NCBI GenBank assembly: GCA_964234715.1
Contig: OZ174283.1
DNA from: Podarcis melisellensis
Taxonomy: Eukaryota
DNA: 64,000 nt
Direction: 5' to 3' (one strand)
The notes beneath the pieces were generated by a model. The model saw only the letters and a program-made list of their open reading frames with translations, did no database searches and was not told the origin of the DNA. This document shows positions 51,951 to 64,000 of the stretch, one piece after another. Numbering within the stretch: position 1 is the stretch's first letter; every line of letters begins with the position of its first letter. The position numbers and the translations under genes were made by a program.

Positions 51951-53934
51951 TAAGTGAGTACAGGATTGCAGCCCAGGTTTGCCTCTGACCCCAAAATAAC
52001 AATAGTCTATTTCCACTTCACCACAAAAGATTCTCCAACACAAAGCCTATTAGAGATCATTGGAAGAACTCCCATTCATTTGAGTGGGACTTGTGTTGAG
52101 TGGATAAAGTCCACAGTTACTATTGATGGCTAAAAGGGGATGCTTCAAATCCAGAACATTTCTGGGGAAAGTAGTGAGCTGTGGCTGTTCTGCATTCTGA
52201 TCTCATCTGTAGCTAAGAAACTGCTTGTCGAGAAATAACCAAAATGAAAACTGGCTATTCACTTCCTCCTACTCATTGCATAACAACAGCTCTTCATGTC
52301 TGGAACATCATCAAGGACAGAAAACGAGAATGAGAAAGGAAAAAAGAAAGAGAAATTCAGTCTGACAATCTAGAATAATAATGCAGACTGAAAGCAGCGC
52401 TTCCTAACGTTAGGCTAAGAGCTGTCCACAAGGGGCCTGCAGTCAATCATCTGTGTGATCACACTGTCCAGGATCCCTAAAATGGATTACCTCATTCCTT
52501 CTGAAAGCTCTGCAGCAGTAAAAGCTCTCACTAAAAATAACATATGCATAATGTGCCTTCTATGCTCTGCTAACCTGAATATCTCTTGGAAGCAAGCAAT
52601 GAAAGCACATCGCTGCTCCGAGAAATCTATTGACACTCTCGTAGGGTCTGCCACTGGGAAAGCTTACAAAATGTAGATAAACCAGAGACTGTTATTTTAT
52701 CTGCTTTCTGCAGCCTGCTGCCAGTGAATTTTTATTTTATTTTTCCTTTACTCATCTTTTAATGCTGGTAACAGATTTTGTATAAAATAAAATAACGATT
52801 CCTCTAGGTCAAAATTAGAACATAAATAGCAAGGCTGCTTTAGCACTGATTCATTAAAATGCAGTGCTACCTTTTCCAGCTATCACTACCGCACTGTGCT
52901 ATATTACATTATTCTGACTGAAACTTCTGCCCAAGCCATAGTTAAGGGCAACTGTGGCCTATGAGACACATATACCAAGGTGGTTTTATTTTGGTCTTAT
53001 TTTCATTTCATTTCCAGATTCGCCTAATATAAGAAGTCTTGAAGTTCAATGCCTAAAATATTCAGCATCTTCCCTTGGCACACTGAGAAATAAAAGAGAG
53101 TTAAAAGCAAAGTCATCGTTATATTTTTTTTCATTGTTTGAATTCTGGGGACTTTTTATTTTTTATTTTCTCATTGACAGTAGGAATAGAGACTAGATAA
53201 TGGCTGATTGTCCTCTAGTCTGCCTGTGACAGAAAATGTTGGTGCTATGCATCTGTGATAACCAGTGGTGTTGGAAGAAATGTAGCTTTTATCATATTAA
53301 GGGCCCCACAGTTCACCTTAATCAATCTGAAGAACTGCCTGATGTTTCTTAAATTAAACTCGGAGCACAAACCACCAGGCACTGCTGTTTCACATCTTCC
53401 ATTAAATCCACAAGTTTGCCCACAGAAGTTAACAGATATTGCACAGCTCCATCAGGGACACTATCTTTGGCTCATAAAGTTTTCTAGTATAAAAAACCAA
53501 AATCCAATCAAGTCCTCCTGTCCAAAACCCTGATGTGGTTTGCTATATCTGATGACAATTTCAAAGCTCTGCCACACTATCAATTTTCCCTTCTCATCAC
53601 TTTCTGCAACTTTTATATTAACTATGGATAATGAATCTAAATAAAAATACTCACACCCTCTGCTTTACATTAATTACCATGCAAGCAAAATTGGAGTCTT
53701 CCCCCTCCCACATTTTATATACATGCTGATACCTGGAATATTTATACATTCCAAAGAGCGAAAGTTTATCTGGAAACCTGAAATCATTTTTTTGCTTATC
53801 TGAAGGGTTTTCTGTTTATCTTTTGACTCTACTCTTCAGGGTATTTGTACTGCATTTATTTCTGGTTATTGAACATACATGCCCAATAGTTGGGCCGGGG
53901 TGGGGGTAGGAATGCCCTGGGTTCCTATCCATTA

Positions 53935-55274
<1,340 letters not shown>

Positions 55275-56088
55275 CTATAGAGGAGAGAATTATAAATACC
55301 ATTTTATAGTCATCATCATTCGTGGAGTTATTTTTAAACTCATGTAAATCTTTATATTTTAAAGCTACAGCTAAGGAATATATATTTTGGGGTATATATT
55401 ATATTCACACCAAAAGGAAAAAGATATTAAAATGTCCCATATTATGTATATCAAATTAATAGAAACCCATGAAAATACCCTTCCAAACACAGCACAAAAT
55501 GAATTTATTACCTACAATAACTGAACATGTAATAACAATTGTGAAAAGGAGACATCTTTCCGTGATTCAGTGAAATCAGAGTTTCCTCTTCCCATGCTAA
55601 TGATAGGGAAGATGTTTTATAAAACCATTTTTGTCTCCTATAATTATGCTCAGATATTGCATTAGCTACCCTACCCTACCCCAAACAGGCATGCTTATAT
55701 TATTTTATAATTCTCTTAGGCCTAACTTAAGCTAAACATACCCGCCAACTATTAAAATGCTTCCTGGCCCTGCGTTAAAGGTACATTGCTATTAACTGCA
55801 TATATAAGCGGTGTCTCCAAAAAATGGTCTGGATGTATTCACAAAACTATGCTACTGCAAATAACAATTGTAAGCTTATTGCAGCAGATTGGTGTGAGTG
55901 CTCGCAAGCCTTTATGTTTGTGTACACACACACACACACAAATCTAAGAGCAACAGTTATATTGATAATAAACAAATGTGTACAAGTCTGTAAACTTTAT
56001 TACACAAGCACACACACACCCTGCAGTGGAACAAGAAATCACTTATGTTCAATTATAATAAGTTCATTATTTTGAAAAAGCATCTTAC

Positions 56089-56410
56089 CTACACAGCTTG
56101 TCTCAGTCTTTGTCTAGTAAAACTTCTTTTAAAAACACAAAAGAAACTGTGCTGGTCCATGCAAAAAAAGAATTTAAAAATCCAAAATCCACAGTGGGCA
56201 GTATCTTTCTTAGAACCATCCAAACTGTCACAAAATAGGGAGCAAGCTTTCAAGTTATCCAAACCTGTATTTCTGTGTTCAAAGTCCTGGAACACACAAG
56301 TCATACATGACTCTACAGCTCATGTTTTGGAGATTTCACAGCAAACTCTACAGACCTTCAGAATGCTCTGACTGTACAGGGCGGTTGTTTCCAGATAACT
56401 GCTACACACT
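56089..56410 (-). other. GASK1B: Putative non-coding first exon of GASK1B (5' boundary uncertain)
   Basis: Consensus donor TAG|gtaaga at 56089/56088 would pair with the 55274 acceptor (814-bp intron). An AT-rich TATA/MEF2-like tttaaaatag lies at about 56441-56450. The TSS is inferred only. Confidence 0.4.
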
Positions 56411-58536
56411 TACATGAACTTTTCGTCATTATTTTTTAAGCTATTTTAAATTCTGCATTGGAAAACCCCAGTGTGATGTCTTGTTTCCAAAAAGAACAGC
56501 CTTCTGTCTGTTTCTTTCTAACTCCTGGGAGCCCCCTAGTGCAAAAAACAGTTAAGAAATACCAAGCCTCTTTACTGAGAAGAAACATCTGGGAAATCTT
56601 GACAGTTTACAGCAGCACACCTCCGCACATCAAACTAGGCAGTCATTTCCACTGAACTGAGTGAGGCTAGCTGTGATTCATTCATTTTATTGGGCCATCA
56701 ATGCCCCCAGAAGATTGTAATCAAAACGCATAAGACAGAAAGAGGCAAGAGGGAGGTGGTAGTGAGGGTCACAAGGGAACAATATATGTTCAGTTCAGTT
56801 CAATCCAATCTAACTTTGAAGTTGGGCACTAAGGAATTAAGCCAGAGATAGGGTAACAGCAGCCGTCCAAGTGTTGTTAGACTCCATCAGCCCAAGCCAA
56901 GCAGGGATAAGCACCAGGGATGATGGGAGTTGTAGTCTAGCAATGCATGCAGGGCTATAGGTTCCCCATCTGTGGGTTAAAACAACACCCCCCTGTTTGA
57001 GGAGAGTCTTGTAAGTTGCTGAGGCCCAGAGGAGGAGCCCACCCACCATGAAATAGCCTTTTTATTACTGATGCTCCATAATGTTGTACACAGCCCTGGG
57101 ATCTTTTGATAAAGGGTGGTATATATATTGAATAAATAATAATACTGAACTGAACTGGGGGGGGGTGCTGTCTGAACAGCCCTCTAGTTGTGCTCTGAGG
57201 CACCTTGGCAGTTAAACTAGACTGTTGGTCTCTATGAAGAAAACGTGACTGAAGACATAAAATAAAATTCTTCAAACTGACAGGATTAATGATAGCGAAC
57301 TGGTGAGGTGTATTAACAACCTTGCATTAATCTTCTTAGCATATTTTTAATATTCCTCCCTGCTTGACAAAGTATTTTCTTTCCTGGTGAAAGATGCTCT
57401 GGAGGCTGCTTTAAAATGTCGATGACAAGAGGCGTACGGAGGAGCCGAAGTCCTGGTACTCTTCTCACCTAAGTGGAGAAATTCACTCCTGACAAATCCC
57501 ATAAGCTTCCCCCATGTATGAATTTCAACCTGATTACATTATGATCAGCCTCTGCTGCAATTTTCTGTTTTGATGAAACTGCAAACAATATATAAGCTAC
57601 TGATATTTTAGTGGGTGCATTTGTAGTCAAGTCTGTTTTAGGCCAGGCTTGGAATGAATTCATTCCGTTGAACAAAGAAAAAAAATGCCTTGTGCCTTTT
57701 TATCGGCTGTATGGCTGGCACAAATTAAGCAGGGCAAGCCTTTTCGAGTATGGAAATACAATGATGAGAAAGCTTCACCAGTTGACATTCTGTATGCCAG
57801 GCATCCAATTACAAGTCTGTGGCCTCTGGTTTAATTTTGGGCCCTAAACTTCAGCTTGTACCATTCTAAATGATGGGGAAGATGATGGAAGACAGACTTT
57901 TTATGAAAAGGTTCATTTGGGTCAACTTGAACTAAACTAGTTCGCTTTTTAAAAAGGCAAACTTTAACTGGATTCATTTCAAGTTAGATCAGAGGGTCAG
58001 TTATACCTGGGGGGGGGATAAGGGTTTTTTTTAAGGCTACCTGATAAGAAGTACAACTTCCCATCCCACCTTAAATAATGTAACCTGGTAACTGGAATCC
58101 ATGTGAGAACTCCTTAACAGCTTGCTGCATGGTGTCAGTAACAATAGGAAAAGGCAACTGCCTGTATTCTTCATGCACAGGATGAAGCCCTGCTTTACCA
58201 CCTCTTTGCTTCAAGATCTCACGGTGGCCATAGAGGGGTGGAAACAGCAGGTTAGTGGCTGCAGGAGACTCAGCCACAAACAAGTCAGAGGCACTGCATG
58301 ATTCCCAGTCATGAAAAATCAATCCTCCGTATTTTTAAAACTACATGAAATAATAACAATTGAAAGCAACAACTCATCTAAACAGAACGCCTGCTAGTTG
58401 TAAACACTCTAGGACTGCAGAAACAGGTAGGGTGTTTTCTAAAGATGGGAAATAAGGTCAGTTGCTCTAGATTGCATAAGGGAAAGGAAGCAATGGTCTG
58501 GGAAGAGAGCTGCACTAGGCCTCCTCGTTCCTAATA

Positions 58537-58762
58537 CAGTGGTATCTCAGGTTACATACGCTTCAGGTTACAGACTCCGCTAACCCAGAAATAGTACCTC
58601 AGGTTAAGAACTTTGCTTCAGGATGAGAACAGAAATCGTGTTCCGGCGGCGGGGCGGCAGCAGGAGGCCCCATTAGCTAAAGTGGTGCTTCAGGTTAAGA
58701 ACAGTTTCAGGTTAAGTACGGAACTCCAGAACGAATTAAGTACTTAACCTGAGGTACCACTG
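58537..58762 (-). mobile_element. Tc1/mariner (Tigger/pogo-like) MITE, 226 bp
   Basis: TA TSD; reverse complement of the 242-bp family lacking one 16-bp subterminal repeat. Confidence 0.9.
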
Positions 58763-58976
58763 TATTTTTAAACAGACCTGCACTGTGATCTCAGAAATCA
58801 GTCCAAATGTACTCTTTGGGGCTTACTTGCAGGGAAATGGGTAAAGACTACAGCCGTATTACTGTAAGTGGACTGTTATGGCCTAAGCTTTCCAATGACT
58901 AAATCTGTAAGCCACAAGACTGTTGCTTTTGCTACTACATTCCTTGCCAACTTGAGTCTGAGCATTGTTTCATCAG

Positions 58977-58994
58977 GACCGCCAGAGGGCAGTC
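58977..58994 (+). promoter_or_regulatory. Candidate CTCF site
   Basis: GACCGCCAGAGGGCAGTC fits the CTCF core consensus closely; motif match only. Confidence 0.5.
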
Positions 58995-59504
58995 AAGACA
59001 TTCAATTATGATTTAGTTTCTTCAGAACCACAATAAATATGTAGCCATGCAATCCAAACACGTCTGTTCAGAAGTAAGTTCAACTGAACTGAGTGGGGTT
59101 TACTCCAAGGTAAGTGGAGTTAGGGTTGCATAGGCCACTGTTCTGGAACAAAACCACAAATCTAGCTTACATCATCCTGGATCCAAAAGAGTAGTTCATT
59201 CGTCCAGCCAGCCAGCCAATCAAACAGCTCACCCGCACGAGATAACATTCCACATGTCAATGCAGCCAAGTTTGTATGAGCTACTTGCTTCCCCTATATC
59301 CGCCTCTCTTGTTGCTACAGACACTGGAATTCCCTCTTCCTCATATCTATTAAAAGCACAGGAGTGAGCCTCGTCCGCTTTTGCAATTCATGGCCGTAGC
59401 CTCCCCTAGATCCACAAAAATTATCGAAAAGCCTTGAAAGAACAGTACCCAGTTAACTGATGTTCTGCCCACCCGCAACCAAAGCCTTCCCCTTGTAATG
59501 TCCT

Positions 59505-59933
59505 GTTAATCCATTCCAGAAGTCTATTCCAAAACCAAAGCATTCCAAAACCAAGGCACACCCTCCCATAGAAAGTAATGCAAAATAAATTGATCCATTC
59601 CAGACTTTTAAAAACAACCCCTAAAACAGCAATTTAACATAAATTTTATTATCTAACAAGATCACTGAGCGATAAAATGAAAGCAATAAACAATGTACTG
59701 CAGTCACACAAGCAATCAGTAGCTGAACTGGGTTCCACACAACCACAAAAACAAAACAAAAAAGCAGTAAAAACAAAAATGCAAAATAAATAGCAAAAAC
59801 ATGACAGACCTCAGCTAAACACTCAGAATGGAAGTGTGGTGCTCAGAACGGAAGCGTTCACACTTCCGGGTTTGCAGTGTTTGGGTTCCAAGTTGTTTGA
59901 GTATCAAGGCGTTTGAGAACCAAGGTACCACTG
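59505..59933. mobile_element. Longer Tigger/pogo-like relative, left end missing
   Basis: Right TIR aggtaccactg followed by TA; subterminal gtttgag repeats. Confidence 0.65.
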
Positions 59934-61652
59934 TATACCAGACGAGTAGTCTTGCTTTCTGTTTGATAATCATAACCATCATCACCACCTACCTCTCAAT
60001 TTAGTTGCAGCAAGGGAACAAAAAGAAGAGGCCTACGTAGTCCCTGGTGGGCTGGGTTTGGCTCAGTGGGTCACAAATTTCTTAAAAAAACAGAATGGGG
60101 TTAACAGCAGCAGAACGTGGGGATTTACTGATGCATGAACATAATGGCTTAGATCCTAACTTCCCTTCCAGAACAAAAGGAAGGTTTCCTACCTTCCCCT
60201 TTCTTCCGCAGCCCCTGAATATATGTTTCTAGGGTAAGGGGATCATTAGTAATGGTATGGATCATGATGCAGCAGGCTGAAAGTGGAGGGAAAGTGTGAT
60301 TCACTTCCAAGTAAAAGTGATTAAGGGTCGGTTGAGAAGCACAGCTATAATGGCTGTTGCAATCACAAGAAAGGAAAGTGACATGTTAGTAGAAGAATTT
60401 TGGGCAGAATACAGTCCCAGCTCAGTTGGAAGCAAGGTTAGGTAGAAGGGATTCTAATAATAGAAAGACAATTCTAATTAATTGCAGGAAACCAAAGCTG
60501 TCAGAGGAAAGTTAAAAGAGGCAAATCGTTAAGGAAATCAAGGCTGGCTGACTCAAGTTTGAGTCAGCAAGACTGTCAAGAACATCTGACAGTGCTTTAA
60601 AAGTCACCTGAAGCTACAGACTGCAATGCAAAATGCCAAGTTCTTCTGTATTATAAGAATTTCAGAACAAGCCTTTTCCTGGGGAAAAGTCAAAGCCTCA
60701 GGAAAGAGCCATAGCTCAGTGGCTGCCACTTGTGCCTAATAAAACGTGATCATCCTTTTTTGGAGAAGAGTGTTCCCTGTCCTGTTTGGACTTCAAACGG
60801 GATACCTTTTTTCACGTAGCTCATCCTCATTCTCAAAATTGCACAGGCAGAGGGTAGGGTGGGTCTGGGAGGAGGAGTCTGAGAGAGAGAGAGTTTTAGC
60901 GTTGGCAAAGGGTACATCACAGAGAGCGAGAGGGGGAGTTTGCAATTCAAGAGCCTGTTACAGTCGAGTCTTGGGTTTTGCACTGGCAAGGGGCGGCAGA
61001 TGGATCAGAGAGTAAGAGAGGGGATTTGCTGGAGCCTGTGCAGGAGAGTGGGTTTGTCAAACCAATTCGCATTGCAAAGCCCAGGTATGCAGGTAATGTG
61101 CAATATTTTTCTTGCAGCTGTAAATCATAGTGCTTTTGTTGTTTTCACTGAATGAAGCACTGCAGACCCTGTGTGCCACTGTAATGGATTGAAGTCATTT
61201 CTGCAAAAGGTAATTTTCAGACCCCCAATCTCCACCCCAACCTGTCCCACATATTTTGGCACGAGCCTTCTCTACGAGACAAAACATTTGCCCTCATAGG
61301 GCTAGTCACAACCACTCACCCACACCATTTATTGAATGAGCACCAACATATGATTTGCCCCTGAAAATTAACAAAAATCTATCAACCATATATAACAAAA
61401 GTTAACAAAATGCTGGCTGCATAGAACAGAGCTGCCACATTTACAGTGATAAAGAATTGCTTGCACTACATATTTCAGTATGGTTGGACAGCCCAGGACA
61501 CAGACACACCTGTCTGCTTATTTATCACCATCTAGAGATGCACATTTACATGAATCTTATCCATGCGTTGGCAGAACTGTCCGTTTGGGGATCTTTATTG
61601 GATACAGCTGCATACGCCAGATATTATTGCACTGGATCTCATTAGCTTAGAG

Positions 61653-61788
61653 CAGGCATCCCCAAATTCAGCCCTCCAGTTGTTTTTGGACTGCAACTCC
61701 CATCATCCCTGACCACTGGTCCTGTTAGCTAGGGATGATGGGAGTTGTAATCCCAAAACAGCTGGAGGGCTGAGTTTGGGGGTGCCTG
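61653..61788. mobile_element. 136-bp palindromic hAT-type MITE
   Basis: Near-perfect fold-back over its whole length; TSD gcttagag / ccttagag (7 of 8). Confidence 0.85.
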
Positions 61789-62339
61789 CCTTAGAGACAC
61801 CCAATGTCACATAGCTCATTGTTGGAGAAATTAGCCCCAATACATTTCAGTCTTTCCTTGTTTGCCTTACTTGCATTAGATATACCACCAGCTCCAGGGG
61901 ATTCATTAGATATATGCAGATTCCTGCCTGAAATGCTGGAAGCAGGAGCAAGGCAGTGCAGACCAGACCTAGATGCTGCGGAGTCATATGTTGTTTGACT
62001 ACGTTTCCCACCATCCCCAGCCATTTACTTGGTGACCAGGAATGATGGGAAATGAAGTTCACCAAAATCTGGGTACTCAGTGTAGCAATACGGACCAATG
62101 CTCTGACTTGGAATAAAGCTATCATCTGCCTATGGCCCTATGTATCTAGCCCACAAGCGCTAATACACCTATTAAGCCTTCAAGGGGTGGGTGAGTGTGG
62201 GTGGGTGTGTAAGCTGCAAGGGCACACACACAATTAACATTCAGGCATTTCTCTTCTGGTTGACTCTAAAAGAGGAAAACTTTGACAACCTTAGCAAGTC
62301 TGCCTTAAATAAAAGCTATGTCTTCCTCTTTCCCTTAGC

Positions 62340-62860
62340 TCCTAATCTCGTGATCACGTCGAAGCGCACAGAAAAGGAGGAGGTGCAGAATTGGGTTTAG
62401 AACCAGCGATTTCCCTCGCCCGCCGTCCCTCTTCGGCTCTCCAACGTACCCAAAACACAAAACTGGCCGTCTAGCTTGCAAAACGTCTCCCAAATGGGAG
62501 GGAAAGTGGGTTGATCACATGAGATCAGGGTGGAGCTCCTCGTTCCCACCCGCAGTTTAGCGTTGACCAGGAAGCAGGATACGCAAGGGAAGCTTTGTAA
62601 GTAAATTCAGTGGTCAGGTTTGCATTTCTGATTGAGAGCACTTGAGCAACTTCTCGGCGAAAGAGGCTGAAGGGCAGAGGGGCAAGTAGGAACTAAATTC
62701 CTCCCGCGTTGCCGTTTTGCAAAGCAAGACTTGGGCGAAGGAGGAGGACCCTGCGGCTGAACTACAGCTCCCATCATCCTTTGCCACCGGCCGTGCTCCT
62801 GGGAACGGTGGGAGTTGGAGTCCGGCAAGGTCTGTAGGGCCGCGGCTGCCCCATCCTTCC
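62340..62860. promoter_or_regulatory. CpG-rich putative promoter / first exon of a neighbouring gene
   Basis: Local CpG enrichment in a CpG-depleted window; E-box-like motifs (62349-62358, 62515-62522), ETS-like caggaagc (62568-62575), candidate + strand donor GTAAGT (62597-62602). Confidence 0.45.
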
Positions 62861-63695
62861 TTTGGGGGTGGTAAATGGTATAAAATCTGAGGATTTTAGT
62901 TCAGTGGCCACTGTGGTGGTTTGTTGTCTGGAAACAACAACTATTACTAGATTGGGGATTAAATAAAATGTTCTTGTCTAAATGAGTAGACACTGGTGGA
63001 ACAACTCTGCACGCGAACAGGTTTTCAGACCTGCTCTTGCTCATGCAATTCACTCCCACAGCATTGACAGGTTTTTAAAAAATCGCATGTTTGGACAGGC
63101 TTTTCCTGACTCGTAATTTTATGACCACACACTGCTTTTTCATAATATGCACGTTTTTACTTTTTGTTTGTGATTTTATTACTGCAGTTTGTGCGAACCG
63201 CTTAGAGATTTTCTAGCACTAAGTGATGGCTTTCCACTCTGTATAGCGTCCGTTTATCATTTCATTTTTGTGAGCCCGAAAACCCCTTTCAGACGTTATG
63301 AATGGGGGGGCATTGCAGTGAGTTCTCCTCTCTCCCAGAGCCAGCTTCATGCAAAGTGCCCCCTCATGGGGGGGGAGGTCATCTGTCAGTAGTTCATGGA
63401 AAGCTTACCTGGCATCACTTGGAGGTTTGCTCTAACCATCTTTTAAATTCCCACAATGCCTCAGAATGATGCTAAGCTGGGGGCATTGTGGGAAATTCAA
63501 AGGGTGACTAAATACAGCTGCCCGATGCTCCATGGAGTAACCCCTCCCCCTTTTTATGGGTGCCCAGAGCAGGGATCAGCAATTGGCCCTGCCAGCTCTC
63601 TGGAGCTCTGGCAGGTGCCTGAGGGTTCATGTGCTGGCTCCAGCCCTGCCCTCCTGAATACATTTGTTATAAGATGTTAATGTTGCCCTCCACCT

Positions 63696-63736
63696 GTTTG
63701 CTTGCTTGCTTGTTTGTTTGTTTGTTTGTTTGTTTA
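63696..63736. repeat. (TTGC)n(TTTG)n microsatellite
   Basis: Seen directly. Confidence 0.85.
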
Positions 63737-64000
63737 TCTAAAGGGGGAAAGAGATCTGATCCCAACATTGCTGTGCCCATGGTACTGTCCCACCATGCAG
63801 AACTTCTGAAAGATGAGTCTGTGATGTGTACAACTGCATAAACTTGGGGTTAGGAACCCTGCACTTCTGCAATTCATGGTGGCGTGGAACGCCTGTTCTC
63901 ATACAAATGTCACTGTGTAGGCAATCATGTCAATGCATGACAGTCAGGAGTGGGACCGCCTGGTGCATCAATGTTGAGGACAAGGCTAATGGGCAGAGTT

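Noticed and set aside
60746-61155. Purine-rich region with overlapping ORFs and GT donor-like sites as an exon
   Set aside because: No recognisable product or matching acceptor; it could be regulatory but cannot be supported from sequence alone.

Overview
This is vertebrate genomic DNA from a squamate reptile, probably a lacertid lizard, judged from the Sauria and Squam3-like SINEs and the MITE families. It contains one supportable protein-coding gene, GASK1B (FAM198B; Golgi-associated FAM20-like kinase), on the minus strand. Its four coding exons (54918-53949, 41975-41761, 38616-38390, 37840-37633) have canonical GT-AG junctions and consistent phases, giving 1620 nt and 539 aa. A probable non-coding first exon ends at 56089. 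The rest is intergenic or intronic and repeat-rich: five solo LTRs, Sauria SINEs, Tc1/mariner- and hAT-type MITEs, CR1/L2 fragments and microsatellites. There are also two orphan gene fragments (a C2H2 zinc finger and an olfactory receptor N-terminus) and a CpG-rich putative promoter at about 62.3-62.9 kb. The most unusual object is a TSD-flanked, polyA-tailed 1.8-kb L1-like retroelement (31848-33656). It has an intact CpG-rich 5' end and a single 193-aa ORF but no ORF2 (HAL1-like architecture). Also notable are a solo LTR whose 5' end opens with an acidic ORF and two upstream AUGs in the GASK1B leader. All calls come from reading the sequence by eye; no database searches were run.
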